64,000 nt of DNA from Pontiellaceae bacterium. GTDB lineage: Bacteria; Verrucomicrobiota; Kiritimatiellia; Kiritimatiellales; Pontiellaceae. The stretch's first letter is position 1. Every line of letters starts with the position of its first letter. The translations under genes and the position numbers were made by a program. Below are positions 1 to 13,238 of this stretch, one piece after another. The stretch lies in assembly GCA_045565965.1 (NCBI GenBank), contig JBJLEJ010000003.1, positions 47,949-111,948 on the forward strand, given 5' to 3'. Under the pieces are notes generated by a model. The model did not search any database, was not told where the DNA came from, and was given only the letters and a program-made list of their open reading frames with translations.

Positions 1-194
1 CCATCTTCTAAGTTTTGAATTTTGCCTTTGAAGACACTCCCAACAATTCGATGATCTTCTTTTCTCTCGATATGGAAATTATCTAGGTTGCCATTCTCAA
101 GAATTGCAACTCGGGTTTCGAGTTGTTCAATATTGATGATGATCTCTTTTTTATGACGATCGGTTGAATTTAGATTTTTCAATTTTTTTAACAT
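1..194 (-). CDS. Rne/Rng family ribonuclease (RNase E/G), 5' part only, runs off the window
   Basis: Manual translation from ATG at 194: [64 protein letters not shown], matching the RNase E/G N-terminus (ETRVA..E.G.L...IER...VG..YKG.V). Not in the ORF track. Follows the mre-mrd operon, a common position for rng. Confidence 0.85.
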   Translation of the reverse strand, partial: MLKKLKNLNSTDRHKKEIIINIEQLETRVAILENGNLDNFHIERKEDHRIVGSVFKGKIQNLED

Positions 195-205
195 AATGGT
201 TCCTC

Positions 206-1381
206 TCATCTGATTCTGCGGCGCTGGTAAATACTTTGAATAATACCTAGCGCGACCAATGTGCTAATCATAAACGAGCCACCGTAGCTCATAAGAGGTA
301 ACGGCAATCCTGTGATGGGTAGCAGACCTATGGTCATCGCAATGTTGATAAATATATGGCAAAATAAAAGAGTATTAATTCCTATAGCTACCATTCGTCC
401 GAATTCATCTGGTGCTCGCCATGCAGTTCGCAAGCAGCGCCATAATAAAAGCATATAGAGCAGTAGAATGGAGATACTTCCTATGAAGCCCATTTCTTCT
501 GCGATTACACAAAAAATAAAATCGGTGGGGGCAACAGTTCGTGGAAGAAAGCCGAGCATATTTTGTGTGCCTTGCAGATAGCCTTTACCGCGTAAGCCGC
601 CCGATCCGACCGCTACTTGTGCTTGAAGTTTGTTCCATCCAGCATCGGCGGTATCTACATTATCGGATAAAAAGACCCGAATGCGTTCTTTCTGATATGG
701 CTCAAGAAGTGGAACCGCTGGAAGGTGCCATTTTTGTGCTGCCATAGGCGTGTTTTTATCGGTTATGAGGGGAGTTTCATATTTAATCCATCCGCATAGG
801 AGGATGGAAAACAGAGTAAATCCAATAATTGTACGCACGAGCCATTTTCGCTTAATACCGGCATAAAGCAGCATCACAATTACGGAAGGCATCATAACGA
901 GTGCGGTGCTAAGGTCCGGTTCAAGAGCAATCAAGATGAGCGGAAGTGCGACCAATCCGACTGTCCATAAGAAGGTTTGATTAGATTCGCGATCTCGATC
1001 GGGTGCAGAAAGAAAGGCTGCAATCGTAATCAATGTGATCGGTTTGGCTACTTCAGAAGGCTGGATGGTAAATCCGGATAGATTAATCCATCGGTGGGCG
1101 CCATTGATGGAGGGGAAAAGAAAGACTAATAAAAGAAGAGCAATGATTATCGGATAAAGCCATCCGACCCAGCGGATGAGGGCGCGATAATCAAACCAGG
1201 CGGTCAAGAGATAAAGCCCGAAGCCCAATCCACCAAAGAAAAACTGTCTTTGCCACGTGGAGCCCACAGATCCAGTTGCCTGAAATTGGGCGCTGTAGAT
1301 AAATAGGATGCTGATCGCCAAGAGCGCAAGTATGGTGCCCGTCAGAGGCCAGTCCATTCGTTTGGGAGCCAGTCCATTCAT
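206..1381 (-). CDS. rodA: Rod shape-determining SEDS protein RodA
   Basis: About 10 TM helices; motifs [48 protein letters not shown]; directly downstream of PBP2. Confidence 0.95.
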   Translation of the reverse strand: MNGLAPKRMDWPLTGTILALLAISILFIYSAQFQATGSVGSTWQRQFFFGGLGFGLYLLTAWFDYRALIRWVGWLYPIIIALLLLVFLFPSINGAHRWINLSGFTIQPSEVAKPITLITIAAFLSAPDRDRESNQTFLWTVGLVALPLILIALEPDLSTALVMMPSVIVMLLYAGIKRKWLVRTIIGFTLFSILLCGWIKYETPLITDKNTPMAAQKWHLPAVPLLEPYQKERIRVFLSDNVDTADAGWNKLQAQVAVGSGGLRGKGYLQGTQNMLGFLPRTVAPTDFIFCVIAEEMGFIGSISILLLYMLLLWRCLRTAWRAPDEFGRMVAIGINTLLFCHIFINIAMTIGLLPITGLPLPLMSYGGSFMISTLVALGIIQSIYQRRRIR

Positions 1382-3543
1382 CCCTGTCCTCCTGATAAGG
1401 TGCCATCATATTCGAAAAGCATACGGTAAAGTTGCGATAGACGAGGAGCGATTGTCTGCCCGCCAGAGACACCTTCTTCGACCAACATGGCAATTGCATA
1501 GCGCGGAGATTCATAGGGGGCATAGGAGATCATCCACGCATAGACGCGATCTTCTACTTGATCTCCGACTTTTTTTCGGTATTGAGCAGAGCCGGTTTTT
1601 CCCGCGATGGAGACGCCTTTCACTTGAGCGCTTCGAGCGGTTCCATTGGGGTGCATAACTACATCCCGCATGCCCTTGCGGACTTTTTCAAGAGATTCTA
1701 TCTCCACATCAATACGTCGGATTGCCCATGTGGGGTTTTCCTGATAAGGCAAGTCAGGTTGTGTTCTAAATTGTCTCACCAGTCGAGGACGATAGAGGGT
1801 GCCGCCATTTGCAATAGCCTTTACAACCATCGCCATCTGTAGCGGACTGGTGAGTAGTTGTCCTTGTCCGATCGAAAGGTTGCATAGATCGGTTGGATTG
1901 GCGGCGGTTTCAGGCAAATTCCCATAGCGCATTTCCTGATGCTCTGGCGGGGCTTTAAGGTCAGGGAAAAGACCTGCATATTGACCAATTCCAAAGGCTC
2001 GAGCAGTTTCATAAATCGAGGAATAGCCCATTTCTTGTGCAATTTCGTAAAAATAGATGTTGCATGAGTACATGAGTGCTTCTTGCATATCAATTGAGCC
2101 GTGGGAGCCCCCTTGTGAGTGTATCCAGCATCGCATCGGTCGACCGCTCTCATTTCGATAACCTTTTACACAAGTATGTTTTTCTTGCGAAAGGAGGATA
2201 TTTTCTTTGAGCGCACTGAGGGCTGTAATGGTTTTGAATGTGCTGCCGGGTGGGTATTGACCAAAGACAGCTCGCTGAAACGTACGCGCATAGGCATCGG
2301 TGAGAAGTTGTTGTCGGTAGATGGAGGATTCCATGTAGCGATTAGGGTCAAACGAAGGGGAGCTTACCAAAGCCAGAACATCCCCATTGGTTGCATCGAG
2401 AACGACGGCGGCGCCTTTAACCGGACCGGTATATTCACCAGTCTGTTTATTGGCGAGGGCTTCGGTCGCCATGCGTTGGATTTCCGCATCGATGGTGAGT
2501 TTGAGATCGCCACCTGCTTTGGGTTGTGTTATTTGCAGCGTATGATTGTGAAATCCGGCAGCATCAATCTGAAGGAGTTGATATCCGTAAGTTCCGGTGA
2601 GAAGAGGATTATAAATATGTTCGAGCCCTTTGCGACCTTTTAAGCCTCGTAAGTCATAATGCACGCGTCCGGCTTGGGAGGGGCTTTTATCTGTATCTGC
2701 TTGAAGCGTATATCCGATCAGATGGGCAGTGTGGGTTTTTTCCGGATAGGTGCGTGCGGGCAAGCATAAAATATCGGTTCCAGGTAGGGTAGAGCAGCGG
2801 TCGGCCCATCGAGCAAGGTCGTCTTTGTTTAGGTGGGTCCAAGCGATGAGCGGCAGGGGGCGACGGGCAAAAATATGATCTTTAATTTGTTGATAGCGAA
2901 TGGCTCGGGGTTTGTCGAGGCGATCGGAAATACGATAGACAAGTTCAAGCGTATTGGCTGCAGTCGATGTGCGTCGACGGGACAGTGAATCAGTGTCCAG
3001 AATGATGTCGCGTCCTTGGATGGGTCGACCCAAATTGAGCCCCGCTATTTTTTGGCGACGGAATGAGCCTCGTTTAGGAGCGGTCCACTTTTCAAATTCG
3101 GTTCTCCAGCGGAGTATTTCATCATCGGTTAAATGGGAGTAGACGGTAAGCGGTTGTTCAGGGTGTTCCAGCATATGGGTTTTAATTTGCTCATAGGAGA
3201 CATTTGGCGGACGCCCAACCCGACTCCATATTTCGTGCACTTGTTCGAGCACATTGGCCACTCCGGACCGCGGCGCGCGCAGCTCATGTGTGTAGATAGC
3301 AATGCAGTAGTTTGGGATGCTATCCGCAAGCACTCGATCTTTTGTGTCATAAATTTTACCTCGCACCGCGGGCAAACGAACCCGCCGAAGGCTTTGGTTT
3401 CGAAAGAGGGTTTCAAAGCCATCTTGCTCTCGAACTTGTAGTTGCCAGAGCTCGGCGCCTAATAACGTGAAGCCGCTAAGGATAATGATGAGTAAAGCTC
3501 CGATAACGAGTTGACTAGAGCGTTGGGGTTGCCGGACTTTCAT
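1378..3543 (-). CDS. mrdA: Penicillin-binding protein 2 (class B transpeptidase) with an enlarged N-terminal region
   Basis: Single N-terminal TM, RGKIYD, GRKGLE, PGSTFK (SxxK), SCN (SxN), KTG motifs; ATG at 3543 overlaps the mreD stop. Confidence 0.95.
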   Translation of the reverse strand: MKVRQPQRSSQLVIGALLIIILSGFTLLGAELWQLQVREQDGFETLFRNQSLRRVRLPAVRGKIYDTKDRVLADSIPNYCIAIYTHELRAPRSGVANVLEQVHEIWSRVGRPPNVSYEQIKTHMLEHPEQPLTVYSHLTDDEILRWRTEFEKWTAPKRGSFRRQKIAGLNLGRPIQGRDIILDTDSLSRRRTSTAANTLELVYRISDRLDKPRAIRYQQIKDHIFARRPLPLIAWTHLNKDDLARWADRCSTLPGTDILCLPARTYPEKTHTAHLIGYTLQADTDKSPSQAGRVHYDLRGLKGRKGLEHIYNPLLTGTYGYQLLQIDAAGFHNHTLQITQPKAGGDLKLTIDAEIQRMATEALANKQTGEYTGPVKGAAVVLDATNGDVLALVSSPSFDPNRYMESSIYRQQLLTDAYARTFQRAVFGQYPPGSTFKTITALSALKENILLSQEKHTCVKGYRNESGRPMRCWIHSQGGSHGSIDMQEALMYSCNIYFYEIAQEMGYSSIYETARAFGIGQYAGLFPDLKAPPEHQEMRYGNLPETAANPTDLCNLSIGQGQLLTSPLQMAMVVKAIANGGTLYRPRLVRQFRTQPDLPYQENPTWAIRRIDVEIESLEKVRKGMRDVVMHPNGTARSAQVKGVSIAGKTGSAQYRKKVGDQVEDRVYAWMISYAPYESPRYAIAMLVEEGVSGGQTIAPRLSQLYRMLFEYDGTLSGGQG

Positions 3544-4034
3544 GACCAACTGCCTCTCTGTGAAATCCAATCACTCTTTTGCAGGATTTGAGAAAGAATG
3601 GGTTGGAGCAAGGCGCCGATGAAGAGCCCGCCGAAGAAGGTGCTAACCATTGAATCCAGTGGTCGGGCATTGGTCACGAGATAGACAAGGGTTGCTGAGG
3701 TAACTACAATTAATCCCGCGATGCCTCCGCAGAAAAGTTGGGTGATCACGCCGTTGCCGAAGAGATCATGGCGAAATCGAAGGGTGAGATAGGTAATGAT
3801 CGGGAAGGCAAGTAGGGCGGGTCCATAAGGACCGGGTTCAAGGCTGTCGTAGATCACAGCGGATGCCAGTGTAAATTGCCAGGTGGATCGAGCGGGTAGA
3901 CGAAAGGCTAGATGAACCAGTAAAGCACCCATCAGCGGCGGTTTTAGATTATTAAAGATAGGCCAACTGGGAAGCGCTTGCTGGAGGATTACGCTGACGA
4001 TCAAGAGGAGTAGAATACGAAGAAAGGTCTTCAT
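3540..4034 (-). CDS. mreD: Rod shape-determining protein MreD
   Basis: 164 aa, about 5 TM, between mreC and mrdA; called mostly by synteny and hydrophobicity. Confidence 0.75.
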   Translation of the reverse strand: MKTFLRILLLLIVSVILQQALPSWPIFNNLKPPLMGALLVHLAFRLPARSTWQFTLASAVIYDSLEPGPYGPALLAFPIITYLTLRFRHDLFGNGVITQLFCGGIAGLIVVTSATLVYLVTNARPLDSMVSTFFGGLFIGALLQPILSQILQKSDWISQRGSWS

Positions 4035-4867
4035 GGAACCTCCACAGCGTTGCCTACCACAAAAAGGTAATCAAGCAAGCCACTGGTTGCGCGAGGAACA
4101 ATTTCAGCATATTGATAGAGTCCGGAGTCATCTCGGTGTACTTGTTTTATATAGCCAATATGAATGCCCCCGGGAAAAAAGCCTTCGGAGCGGGTCGAGC
4201 CAGAGGTGGTCACTTCTTCACCGAGTTGAATGACTGCATCTTTGTTGATAAATTCCATCCGAACACGGGGTTGTCCGCTGATAGAACTTCCCATGCCTCG
4301 CACGACCCCAAAAATCTCCCGCCCAGAAATGCGTGCGGCCACTCGAAAAGCGGGATCGCATACCAGTAAAACTTCTGCACTCAGTGGATTCACTTCTAGC
4401 ACGCGTCCAATGAGCCCGTCTGGACTCAAAACAGCACTATCTACGTAGAGTGATTTTTTGCTACTTGGCTGAATTCGAAGGGTATTCCACCAGCCGCTTA
4501 TGTTTCGGCTAATGACAGTGGCAGGGGTTAATGCGTAGGGAGTGGCTTGTTGAAAACCGAGGGCTCGCAGAAGGCGTTGATTTTCTATTTCAATATCCCG
4601 TAATCGGTTGAGTTCTGCTTGGGTTCGCACCAATTCAAGGGAGAGTTGTTGTTCTCGTTCTGCAGCTCCACTCAGACCCCGAAGCGCTTTTCCCCAATCG
4701 GTGAAGCGTCTAAAAACACTTGCACCAACCTCTTCAGAAGGGGCGATGCTGGTTCGAACGGATTGCTTCCCGATATAGGTTGCTTGGGGCCATACCAAAA
4801 GAATGGTGATACCCACAAAGCCTGCAATCAGCATCCAACGCTGTCTCTTACTCTTCAAAAAATCCAC
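4031..4867 (-). CDS. mreC: Rod shape-determining protein MreC
   Basis: N-terminal TM, coiled coil ENQRL, GLIGRV, VTTSG, FPGGIHIG motifs; downstream of mreB. Confidence 0.92.
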   Translation of the reverse strand: MDFLKSKRQRWMLIAGFVGITILLVWPQATYIGKQSVRTSIAPSEEVGASVFRRFTDWGKALRGLSGAAEREQQLSLELVRTQAELNRLRDIEIENQRLLRALGFQQATPYALTPATVISRNISGWWNTLRIQPSSKKSLYVDSAVLSPDGLIGRVLEVNPLSAEVLLVCDPAFRVAARISGREIFGVVRGMGSSISGQPRVRMEFINKDAVIQLGEEVTTSGSTRSEGFFPGGIHIGYIKQVHRDDSGLYQYAEIVPRATSGLLDYLFVVGNAVEVP

Positions 4868-4902
4868 CCCTTTTTATCAGGTGGACGAAGCTTTTACCCA
4901 AC

Positions 4903-5934
<1,032 letters not shown>

Positions 5935-6117
5935 TCATCTTTACTAAATTCATTAAAAAAATATAATAACAATGTGGAGTATCCAGCCCGCAAGGTCAAC
6001 ACCATTAACAACATATGAAAACAGTATTATCTCACCACGAAGGGATATATTCTAATCTCATTATTTTTCAGCGAGTTTACGTCAGTAAGGAATGTTTCTG
6101 TTTTATGAACGTTAATT

Positions 6118-6831
6118 ATGAGTAAAGTAATCATATATGGATCAGGAGGCGTCGGAGCACAATTAGCTCGACGAATCGTCGCAGCAGGTGGGAGCGTACA
6201 TTTAGCTGGTAGAAATGAAGAGACCGTGAAGACGTTATCAACTCAGTTGGCATGTTCATTTACTGTTGGGGATGTATGCGACTCTAGCTTTTTTAGCGAA
6301 GTAGTTGCTCAGGCAGGAGAGGAAGTGAGTGCGGTAGCATACGCGGTCGGCACGATAAATTTGAAAGGGCTAGGGCGATTAACACCAGAAGATTTTCTGC
6401 AAGATTATCAGGTAAATGTGGTGGGTGCTGCATTAGCGGTTCAAGCATCGATTGGTATGCTGAAGAAAAATAAAGGATCTATTCTCTTCTTTTCGAGCGT
6501 AGCTGCTCAATTGGGGTTGCCAATGCATGCATCGATTGGTGCGGCTAAAGGGGCCATCAATGGTCTTACGGTTTCGTTAGCGGCTGAATTGTCGCCGGCG
6601 GTGCGTGTCAATGCGATTGCTCCTTCGTTGTGCGAAACGCCCCTAGGAAGCAAAGTCCTACTGAACGATAAGATGAAGGAAAGTTTAGCCTCCATGCACG
6701 CGCTTAAGCGTTTAGGTCAAGCTGAAGATGTTGCCGCCTTAGCTCAGTTTGTTCTATCCAGTGAAGCTAGTTGGATGACTGGTCAGGTGATTGGGCTGGA
6801 TGGAGGACGGGGATCGGTCGCGTCCTCGTAG
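6118..6831 (+). CDS. Short-chain dehydrogenase/reductase (SDR family)
   Basis: GSGGVG Rossmann motif, SS, IGAAKGA (the catalytic YxxxK Tyr is replaced by Ile), RVNAIAPS, TGQVIGLDGG. Confidence 0.85.
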   Translation: MSKVIIYGSGGVGAQLARRIVAAGGSVHLAGRNEETVKTLSTQLACSFTVGDVCDSSFFSEVVAQAGEEVSAVAYAVGTINLKGLGRLTPEDFLQDYQVNVVGAALAVQASIGMLKKNKGSILFFSSVAAQLGLPMHASIGAAKGAINGLTVSLAAELSPAVRVNAIAPSLCETPLGSKVLLNDKMKESLASMHALKRLGQAEDVAALAQFVLSSEASWMTGQVIGLDGGRGSVASS

Positions 6832-6889
6832 TTGTTTTTTTTCATTTTTCCCTCATACTTGTAATTTCAGATAAACAATGGGATGGAGC

Positions 6890-8698
6890 ATGAAACTGAA
6901 ATCGACTGCCGACGTAGTTGCTTATTTAGAAGCGCATGATGAGCTTCTTCGTATTCATGATGAAGTAGATCCGTATTTAGAGATGGCCGAAATTCAACGC
7001 CGGATTTATCGTGAGACTGGGCCGGCGATTCTCTTTGAAAACGTGAAGGGATGTTCATTTCCGTGTGTTTCAAATATGTATGGAACCCCTGAACGCGCGA
7101 AGTTGTTGTTCAAAAAAACATATGGAGCCGTGCAGGCAGTGGTCAGTGCAAAAGCCGATCCGATGGGTCTATTGAAACATCCTCTTGGCGCGTTGCAGGC
7201 GGCATTTACGGCGGCGAATGGGTTGCCTATCCCAGTTCCAAATCGAGTCGCACCCGTCATGCAGGCACAATGTAAAGTGAGCGACTTGCCCCCCATCGTG
7301 AGTTGGCCGATGGATGGGGGCCCGTTCGTGACGTTACCACAGGTCTACTCGGAGCATCCCAATCATCAGGGAAATCCTCTTAAAAGTAATTTAGGGATGT
7401 ATCGAGTTCAACTTTCCGGTAATGCCTACGAGAAGGATCGAGAAATTGGAATTCATTATCAGATTCATCGCGGGATTGGCGTTCATCAAAAACTACATCA
7501 GGAGCAGGGTAAACCATTTCGTGTTGCGGTGTTCGTGGGAGGGGCTCCTTCTATGGCGTTTTCAGCGGTAATGCCCCTTCCAGAGGGCTTGCCGGAAGTG
7601 GCGTTTTCGGGATTGATGGCCGGACGGAATTTTCGGTATACGCGGTACAAGAATTGGACGCTTGCTGCCGATGCTGATTTTGCTCTTATTGGTACCTTAC
7701 AACCAAAACCAAAACCAGAGGGTCCGTTTGGGGATCATTTAGGTTATTATAGTTTAATCCATGATTTTCCGTGTCTCGAAATCGAGACCGTTTTTCATCG
7801 AAAAGATGCGATATGGCCCTTCACGGTGGTCGGTCGTCCTCCGCAAGAAGACACCACGTTCGGAGAGGTGATTCATGATCTAACCGGCGCGGTCATTCCC
7901 ACAGAGATTCCTGGGCTCAAAGCGGTGAATGCAGTTGATGCGGCTGGGGTTCATCCCCTCCTGCTTGCGGTGGGTGAGGAGCGTTATACCCCCTTCGAGA
8001 AAACCGAGCGTCCCTCGGAGCTGTTGACGCTCTCAAATGCAATATTAGGAAAGGGGCAACTCTCTTTGGCTAAGTATTTGCTAATTGCTGATGCGGCCGA
8101 TCAGCCGGATATTCATGATATTCCCCAATTCTTTCGTCATCTGTTAGAGCGCGTCGATTGGCGACGTGATGTTCACTTTCAAACCGAGACTACGATTGAT
8201 ACGTTGGACTATTCGAGTGCAGATTTGAATGTGGGCTCAAAAGTGGTGTGGGCTTGTACGGGCGAGCCCCGTCGGACATTAGCGAAAACGCCACCCATCT
8301 TAGAGAGTGAAACCGTTTGTGCCGTGGTCGATGCAGGGATTCTGGCGGTGCAGGTAAAATCTAGTGAAGACTATGCGAAAGCTCCTCGAGAGATGGAGGC
8401 ATTGATTTCAAACTTGAAAGGGCGGGTGGATGAGGATGCGTTTCCCTTGATTATTGCCTGTGACGAACCTGAATTCTTAGCAGCTGATTTTAACAATTTC
8501 TTGTGGGCTACATTCACGCGTTCAAATCCTTCGCACGATATCTATGGGATAGAATCTAAAACGGAATTCAAACACTGGGGGTGCTCTGGCTCATTGGTGA
8601 TTGACGCACGTTTCAAGCCGCACAATGCACCGCCCTTGTTGGAAGATCCTCAAGTAATAGCTCGCGTCGATCAGCTAATGGAGGCACAAAAAAAATAG
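6890..8698 (+). CDS. UbiD family prFMN-dependent decarboxylase (long form)
   Basis: GPAILFENVKG, WPMDGGPFVTLP, NLGMYR, EGPFGDHLGYY, GRPPQED; start placed at the ATG after GGAG (alternative 6878). Confidence 0.9.
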   Translation: MKLKSTADVVAYLEAHDELLRIHDEVDPYLEMAEIQRRIYRETGPAILFENVKGCSFPCVSNMYGTPERAKLLFKKTYGAVQAVVSAKADPMGLLKHPLGALQAAFTAANGLPIPVPNRVAPVMQAQCKVSDLPPIVSWPMDGGPFVTLPQVYSEHPNHQGNPLKSNLGMYRVQLSGNAYEKDREIGIHYQIHRGIGVHQKLHQEQGKPFRVAVFVGGAPSMAFSAVMPLPEGLPEVAFSGLMAGRNFRYTRYKNWTLAADADFALIGTLQPKPKPEGPFGDHLGYYSLIHDFPCLEIETVFHRKDAIWPFTVVGRPPQEDTTFGEVIHDLTGAVIPTEIPGLKAVNAVDAAGVHPLLLAVGEERYTPFEKTERPSELLTLSNAILGKGQLSLAKYLLIADAADQPDIHDIPQFFRHLLERVDWRRDVHFQTETTIDTLDYSSADLNVGSKVVWACTGEPRRTLAKTPPILESETVCAVVDAGILAVQVKSSEDYAKAPREMEALISNLKGRVDEDAFPLIIACDEPEFLAADFNNFLWATFTRSNPSHDIYGIESKTEFKHWGCSGSLVIDARFKPHNAPPLLEDPQVIARVDQLMEAQKK

Positions 8699-8719
8699 GC
8701 GCACAAGATTGTACGCCTA
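8688..8719 (-). terminator. Probable intrinsic terminator of mdh
   Basis: TAGGCG.ACAA-GA-TTGT.CGCCTA hairpin with an A-run on the + strand (U-run on the minus strand) between converging ubiD and mdh. Confidence 0.6.
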
Positions 8720-8742
8720 CTGAGATGAGTGGGGGGTTGATT

Positions 8743-9786
<1,044 letters not shown>

Positions 9787-9878
9787 TCAAATTGATTGAA
9801 TTTCCTTTGTTTTAGGGATTTTATTAGACGCTTATTTGGTTTTATATAGGTACTAGAAGCGGAGAGAAAAAGAAAGTA

Positions 9879-10547
9879 ATGAGAATGAATAGTGCGCGTT
9901 TTTTATGGAGTTCTATCGGGCAAAAGTTTTTGTTAGCAACCTCAGGCACGATTATGTTCCTGTTATTTTTGATTCCGCACATGGGCGGGAATGTTCTATT
10001 TCTGTTTGGACCAGACCTTTTCAATTCCTATGCACACCACCTGCATAAACTTATTCCGATCGTGATCGGCATTGAGGTATTGATGTTAGTCTCCATCTCC
10101 GTACACATGATTATGGCGACTCGTACGACATGGGCAAATCGGAAGGCAGCCTCTTCTCGCTATTCACAAAAAGGATCAAAAGAGCGCTCTTTGGCTGCGC
10201 GTCTTATGCCGTGGTCGGGCATTATGATTTTTGCTTTTATCGTCATTCATTTGGCAAATTTTAAATTTTATGAAAAATCAAAAACGATGCTGAATGGACA
10301 TGAAGTCTATGATGTATACGGCATGGTATTGAGTCGTTTTCAGGGGGATCTCTGGTATGTGGGTATTTATCTTTTCTTTATGGTAGCCGTTGGCTTGCAC
10401 TTGAGCCACGCGCTTCAAAGTGCGTTGCAAACTTATGGGGTGTATGTCCCGCGGTCGGGAAGTAAGATAAAAGCGGCGAGCATGTGGATCGCCATTGGTA
10501 TGGCATCGACCTTCGCTATCATTCCAATTATCGCATATTTGAAATAA
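9879..10547 (+). CDS. sdhC: Succinate dehydrogenase/fumarate reductase cytochrome b subunit
   Basis: [26 protein letters not shown] heme-ligand His pattern, 5 TM; precedes sdhA. Confidence 0.9.
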   Translation: MRMNSARFLWSSIGQKFLLATSGTIMFLLFLIPHMGGNVLFLFGPDLFNSYAHHLHKLIPIVIGIEVLMLVSISVHMIMATRTTWANRKAASSRYSQKGSKERSLAARLMPWSGIMIFAFIVIHLANFKFYEKSKTMLNGHEVYDVYGMVLSRFQGDLWYVGIYLFFMVAVGLHLSHALQSALQTYGVYVPRSGSKIKAASMWIAIGMASTFAIIPIIAYLK

Positions 10548-10560
10548 CTCGAGGAAGATC

Positions 10561-12477
10561 ATGGTAGAATTAAATGCAAACATTCCTGAAGGACCGATGG
10601 CTGAAAAGTGGACGCGGCATAAATTTGGCGTTAAATTGGTAAATCCTTCCAATAAGCGAAAATACAAAGTGTTGGTAGTGGGTACGGGCTTGGCAGGGGC
10701 TTCGGCAGCCGCCACTATGGCGGAATTGGGATATCAAGTAGAGAGCTTCACGTATTCCGACACTCCGCGTCGTGCGCACTCAATTGCCGCACAGGGGGGA
10801 ATTAATGCGGCGAAGAATTATCCCAACGATGGTGATTCAATTCACCGGCTTTTTTATGACACCGTCAAAGGCGGGGACTATCGTTCACGTGAGGCAAATG
10901 TGCATCGCTTGGCGGAAGTAAGTAATCAAATTATCGATCATTGCGTAGCACAAGGGATTCCATTTGCGCGAGAATATGGCGGTAATCTCGCCAATCGTTC
11001 GTTTGGAGGTGCACAGGTATCGCGAACATTTTATGCGCGCGGACAAACCGGACAGCAGTTGCTCTTAGGAGCGTATGGTGCGTTGCAAAAAGAGATCTCC
11101 AACGGAGCGGTCAAGATGCACACCCGTTGCGAATTGATCGACGTTGTGATCATCGATGGTCGAGCTCGAGGTATCATCACACGTAATCTAGTGACAGGAG
11201 AGATTGAGCGCCACATAGGTGATGCAGTGGTGTTGGCAACCGGCGGATATGGAAATGTGTTTTATCTTTCAACGAACGCAATGAATTGCAACGCAAGTGC
11301 AGCATGGCGGGCGTGTAAAAAAGGAGCGTGGTTTGCAAATCCTTGTTTTACGCAAATTCATCCCACTTGTATTCCCGTGCATGGGGAGTATCAGTCGAAG
11401 CTCACGTTAATGTCGGAAAGTTTGCGTAATGATGGTCGAATCTGGGTGCCGAAGAAGAAGGGCGATACTCGTCCGGCTTCCGAAATTCCTGAAGATGAAC
11501 GTGATTATTATTTGGAGCGTAAATATCCTAGTTTTGGCAATCTTGTACCGCGAGATTTGGCCTCTCGGAATGCAAAGGAAGTTTGTGATGCCGGATATGG
11601 GGTCGGGCCGACGGGCGATGCAGTTTATCTCGATTTTTCTGAAGCGATTGGTCGCTTGGGTCGAGATTTAATTGAGGCGCGTTATGGCAATTTATTTGAG
11701 ATGTACAATCGTATTACTGATGACAATCCCTATGAGATGCCGATGATGATCTATCCCGCGGTGCATTACACCATGGGAGGATTGTGGGTGGATTATAATT
11801 TAATGACGACGGTGCCTGGCTTGTATGCCATCGGAGAAGCCAACTTTTCGGATCATGGAGCAAACCGATTAGGCGCTTCAGCTTTGATGCAGGGACTGGC
11901 TGATGGCTATTTTGTCTTGCCGAACACTATTAATAATTACCTCGCTGATTTAGAGCGTGATACGTTGGATGATTCGCATCCTGCTTTTGTGGAAGCGGAG
12001 GAAACAGCCGCGGCTAAATTAGAAAAACTCTTGGCGGTAAGAGGAACCCGAACAGTGGATGATTTTCATCGAGAGCTTGGTCTGCTAATGTGGAATGAGT
12101 GTGGCATGGCGCGCAGTGAGGCGGGGTTAAAGAAAGCACTTGAAGAGCTACCAAAACTACGCGATGCGTTCTGGAGCGATGTCAATGTACCTGGATCGGG
12201 CGATGATTTGAATCAAGCTCTTGAAAAAGCAAATCGGGTAGCGGATTTCTTGGAGTTTGCAGAAGTGATGTTGCAAGATGCATTAAATCGTAATGAATCT
12301 TGTGGGGGCCACTTCCGCGTAGAGAGTCAGACAGAGGAGGGAGAAGCGCTTCGGGATGATGAAGCTTTTGCCTATGTATCGGCGTGGGAATTTAAAGGTG
12401 TAGGCGAGGAGCCCGCGCTGCATAAAGAACCGCTCGTGTTTGAAGAGGTACCATTAAGTCAGAGGTCGTATAAATAA
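10561..12477 (+). CDS. sdhA: Succinate dehydrogenase flavoprotein subunit
   Basis: [44 protein letters not shown]. Confidence 0.97.
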   Translation: MVELNANIPEGPMAEKWTRHKFGVKLVNPSNKRKYKVLVVGTGLAGASAAATMAELGYQVESFTYSDTPRRAHSIAAQGGINAAKNYPNDGDSIHRLFYDTVKGGDYRSREANVHRLAEVSNQIIDHCVAQGIPFAREYGGNLANRSFGGAQVSRTFYARGQTGQQLLLGAYGALQKEISNGAVKMHTRCELIDVVIIDGRARGIITRNLVTGEIERHIGDAVVLATGGYGNVFYLSTNAMNCNASAAWRACKKGAWFANPCFTQIHPTCIPVHGEYQSKLTLMSESLRNDGRIWVPKKKGDTRPASEIPEDERDYYLERKYPSFGNLVPRDLASRNAKEVCDAGYGVGPTGDAVYLDFSEAIGRLGRDLIEARYGNLFEMYNRITDDNPYEMPMMIYPAVHYTMGGLWVDYNLMTTVPGLYAIGEANFSDHGANRLGASALMQGLADGYFVLPNTINNYLADLERDTLDDSHPAFVEAEETAAAKLEKLLAVRGTRTVDDFHRELGLLMWNECGMARSEAGLKKALEELPKLRDAFWSDVNVPGSGDDLNQALEKANRVADFLEFAEVMLQDALNRNESCGGHFRVESQTEEGEALRDDEAFAYVSAWEFKGVGEEPALHKEPLVFEEVPLSQRSYK

Positions 12478-13238
12478 TGGCAGATGAAAAGATTAATCTA
12501 ACGCTGAATGTGTGGCGTCAGCAGGCAGGTCAAGAAGGGGCTTTCGCAACTTACAAAGCGGAAAATATCGATACGAATGCTTCATTTCTCGAAATGCTGG
12601 ATGTGGTGAACGAAAACCTGACTCGTGCTGGGAAAGAACCGATTGCTTTTGAGCATGATTGTCGGGAAGGAATTTGCGGATCTTGTGGGGCATTAGTTGC
12701 AGGAAAAACCCATGGATCGCATGATCGAACAACACTATGTCAGTTGCATATGCGCAGTTTTAATGATGGAGATGAGCTAACGATTGAGCCGTTCCGCGCG
12801 GATGCTTTTCCGGTGATCAAAGATCTGATTGTTGATCGAAGTGCGTTAGACAAGATTGTTTCCTCGGGCGGATATGTATCGGTAAAAACAGGAAGCGCAC
12901 CAGAAGCTTCCACGATTCCGATCGAAAAGAATTTTGCAGATGCAGCAATGGATGCGGCGGCGTGCATTGGATGTGGTGCGTGTGTGGCCGCCTGTCCAAA
13001 CGGAGCGGCGATGCTTTTCACTTCTGCAAAAGTTTCCCAGTTTGCGTTATTACCGCAGGGAGCTCCTGAGCGAGCGTCGCGAGTGGAAGAGATGGTGGAG
13101 ACCATGGATCAACTTGGTTTTGGAAACTGTTCGAACGAATATGAGTGCGCCGTGGCTTGCCCTAAAGGGATTGATGTGAAACATATAGCACGACTCAATC
13201 GTGAGTTCATTGCGTCTCGAACCCGAAAGAAAAAATGA
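12477..13238 (+). CDS. sdhB: Succinate dehydrogenase iron-sulfur subunit
   Basis: [33 protein letters not shown]. Confidence 0.97.
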   Translation: MADEKINLTLNVWRQQAGQEGAFATYKAENIDTNASFLEMLDVVNENLTRAGKEPIAFEHDCREGICGSCGALVAGKTHGSHDRTTLCQLHMRSFNDGDELTIEPFRADAFPVIKDLIVDRSALDKIVSSGGYVSVKTGSAPEASTIPIEKNFADAAMDAAACIGCGACVAACPNGAAMLFTSAKVSQFALLPQGAPERASRVEEMVETMDQLGFGNCSNEYECAVACPKGIDVKHIARLNREFIASRTRKKK

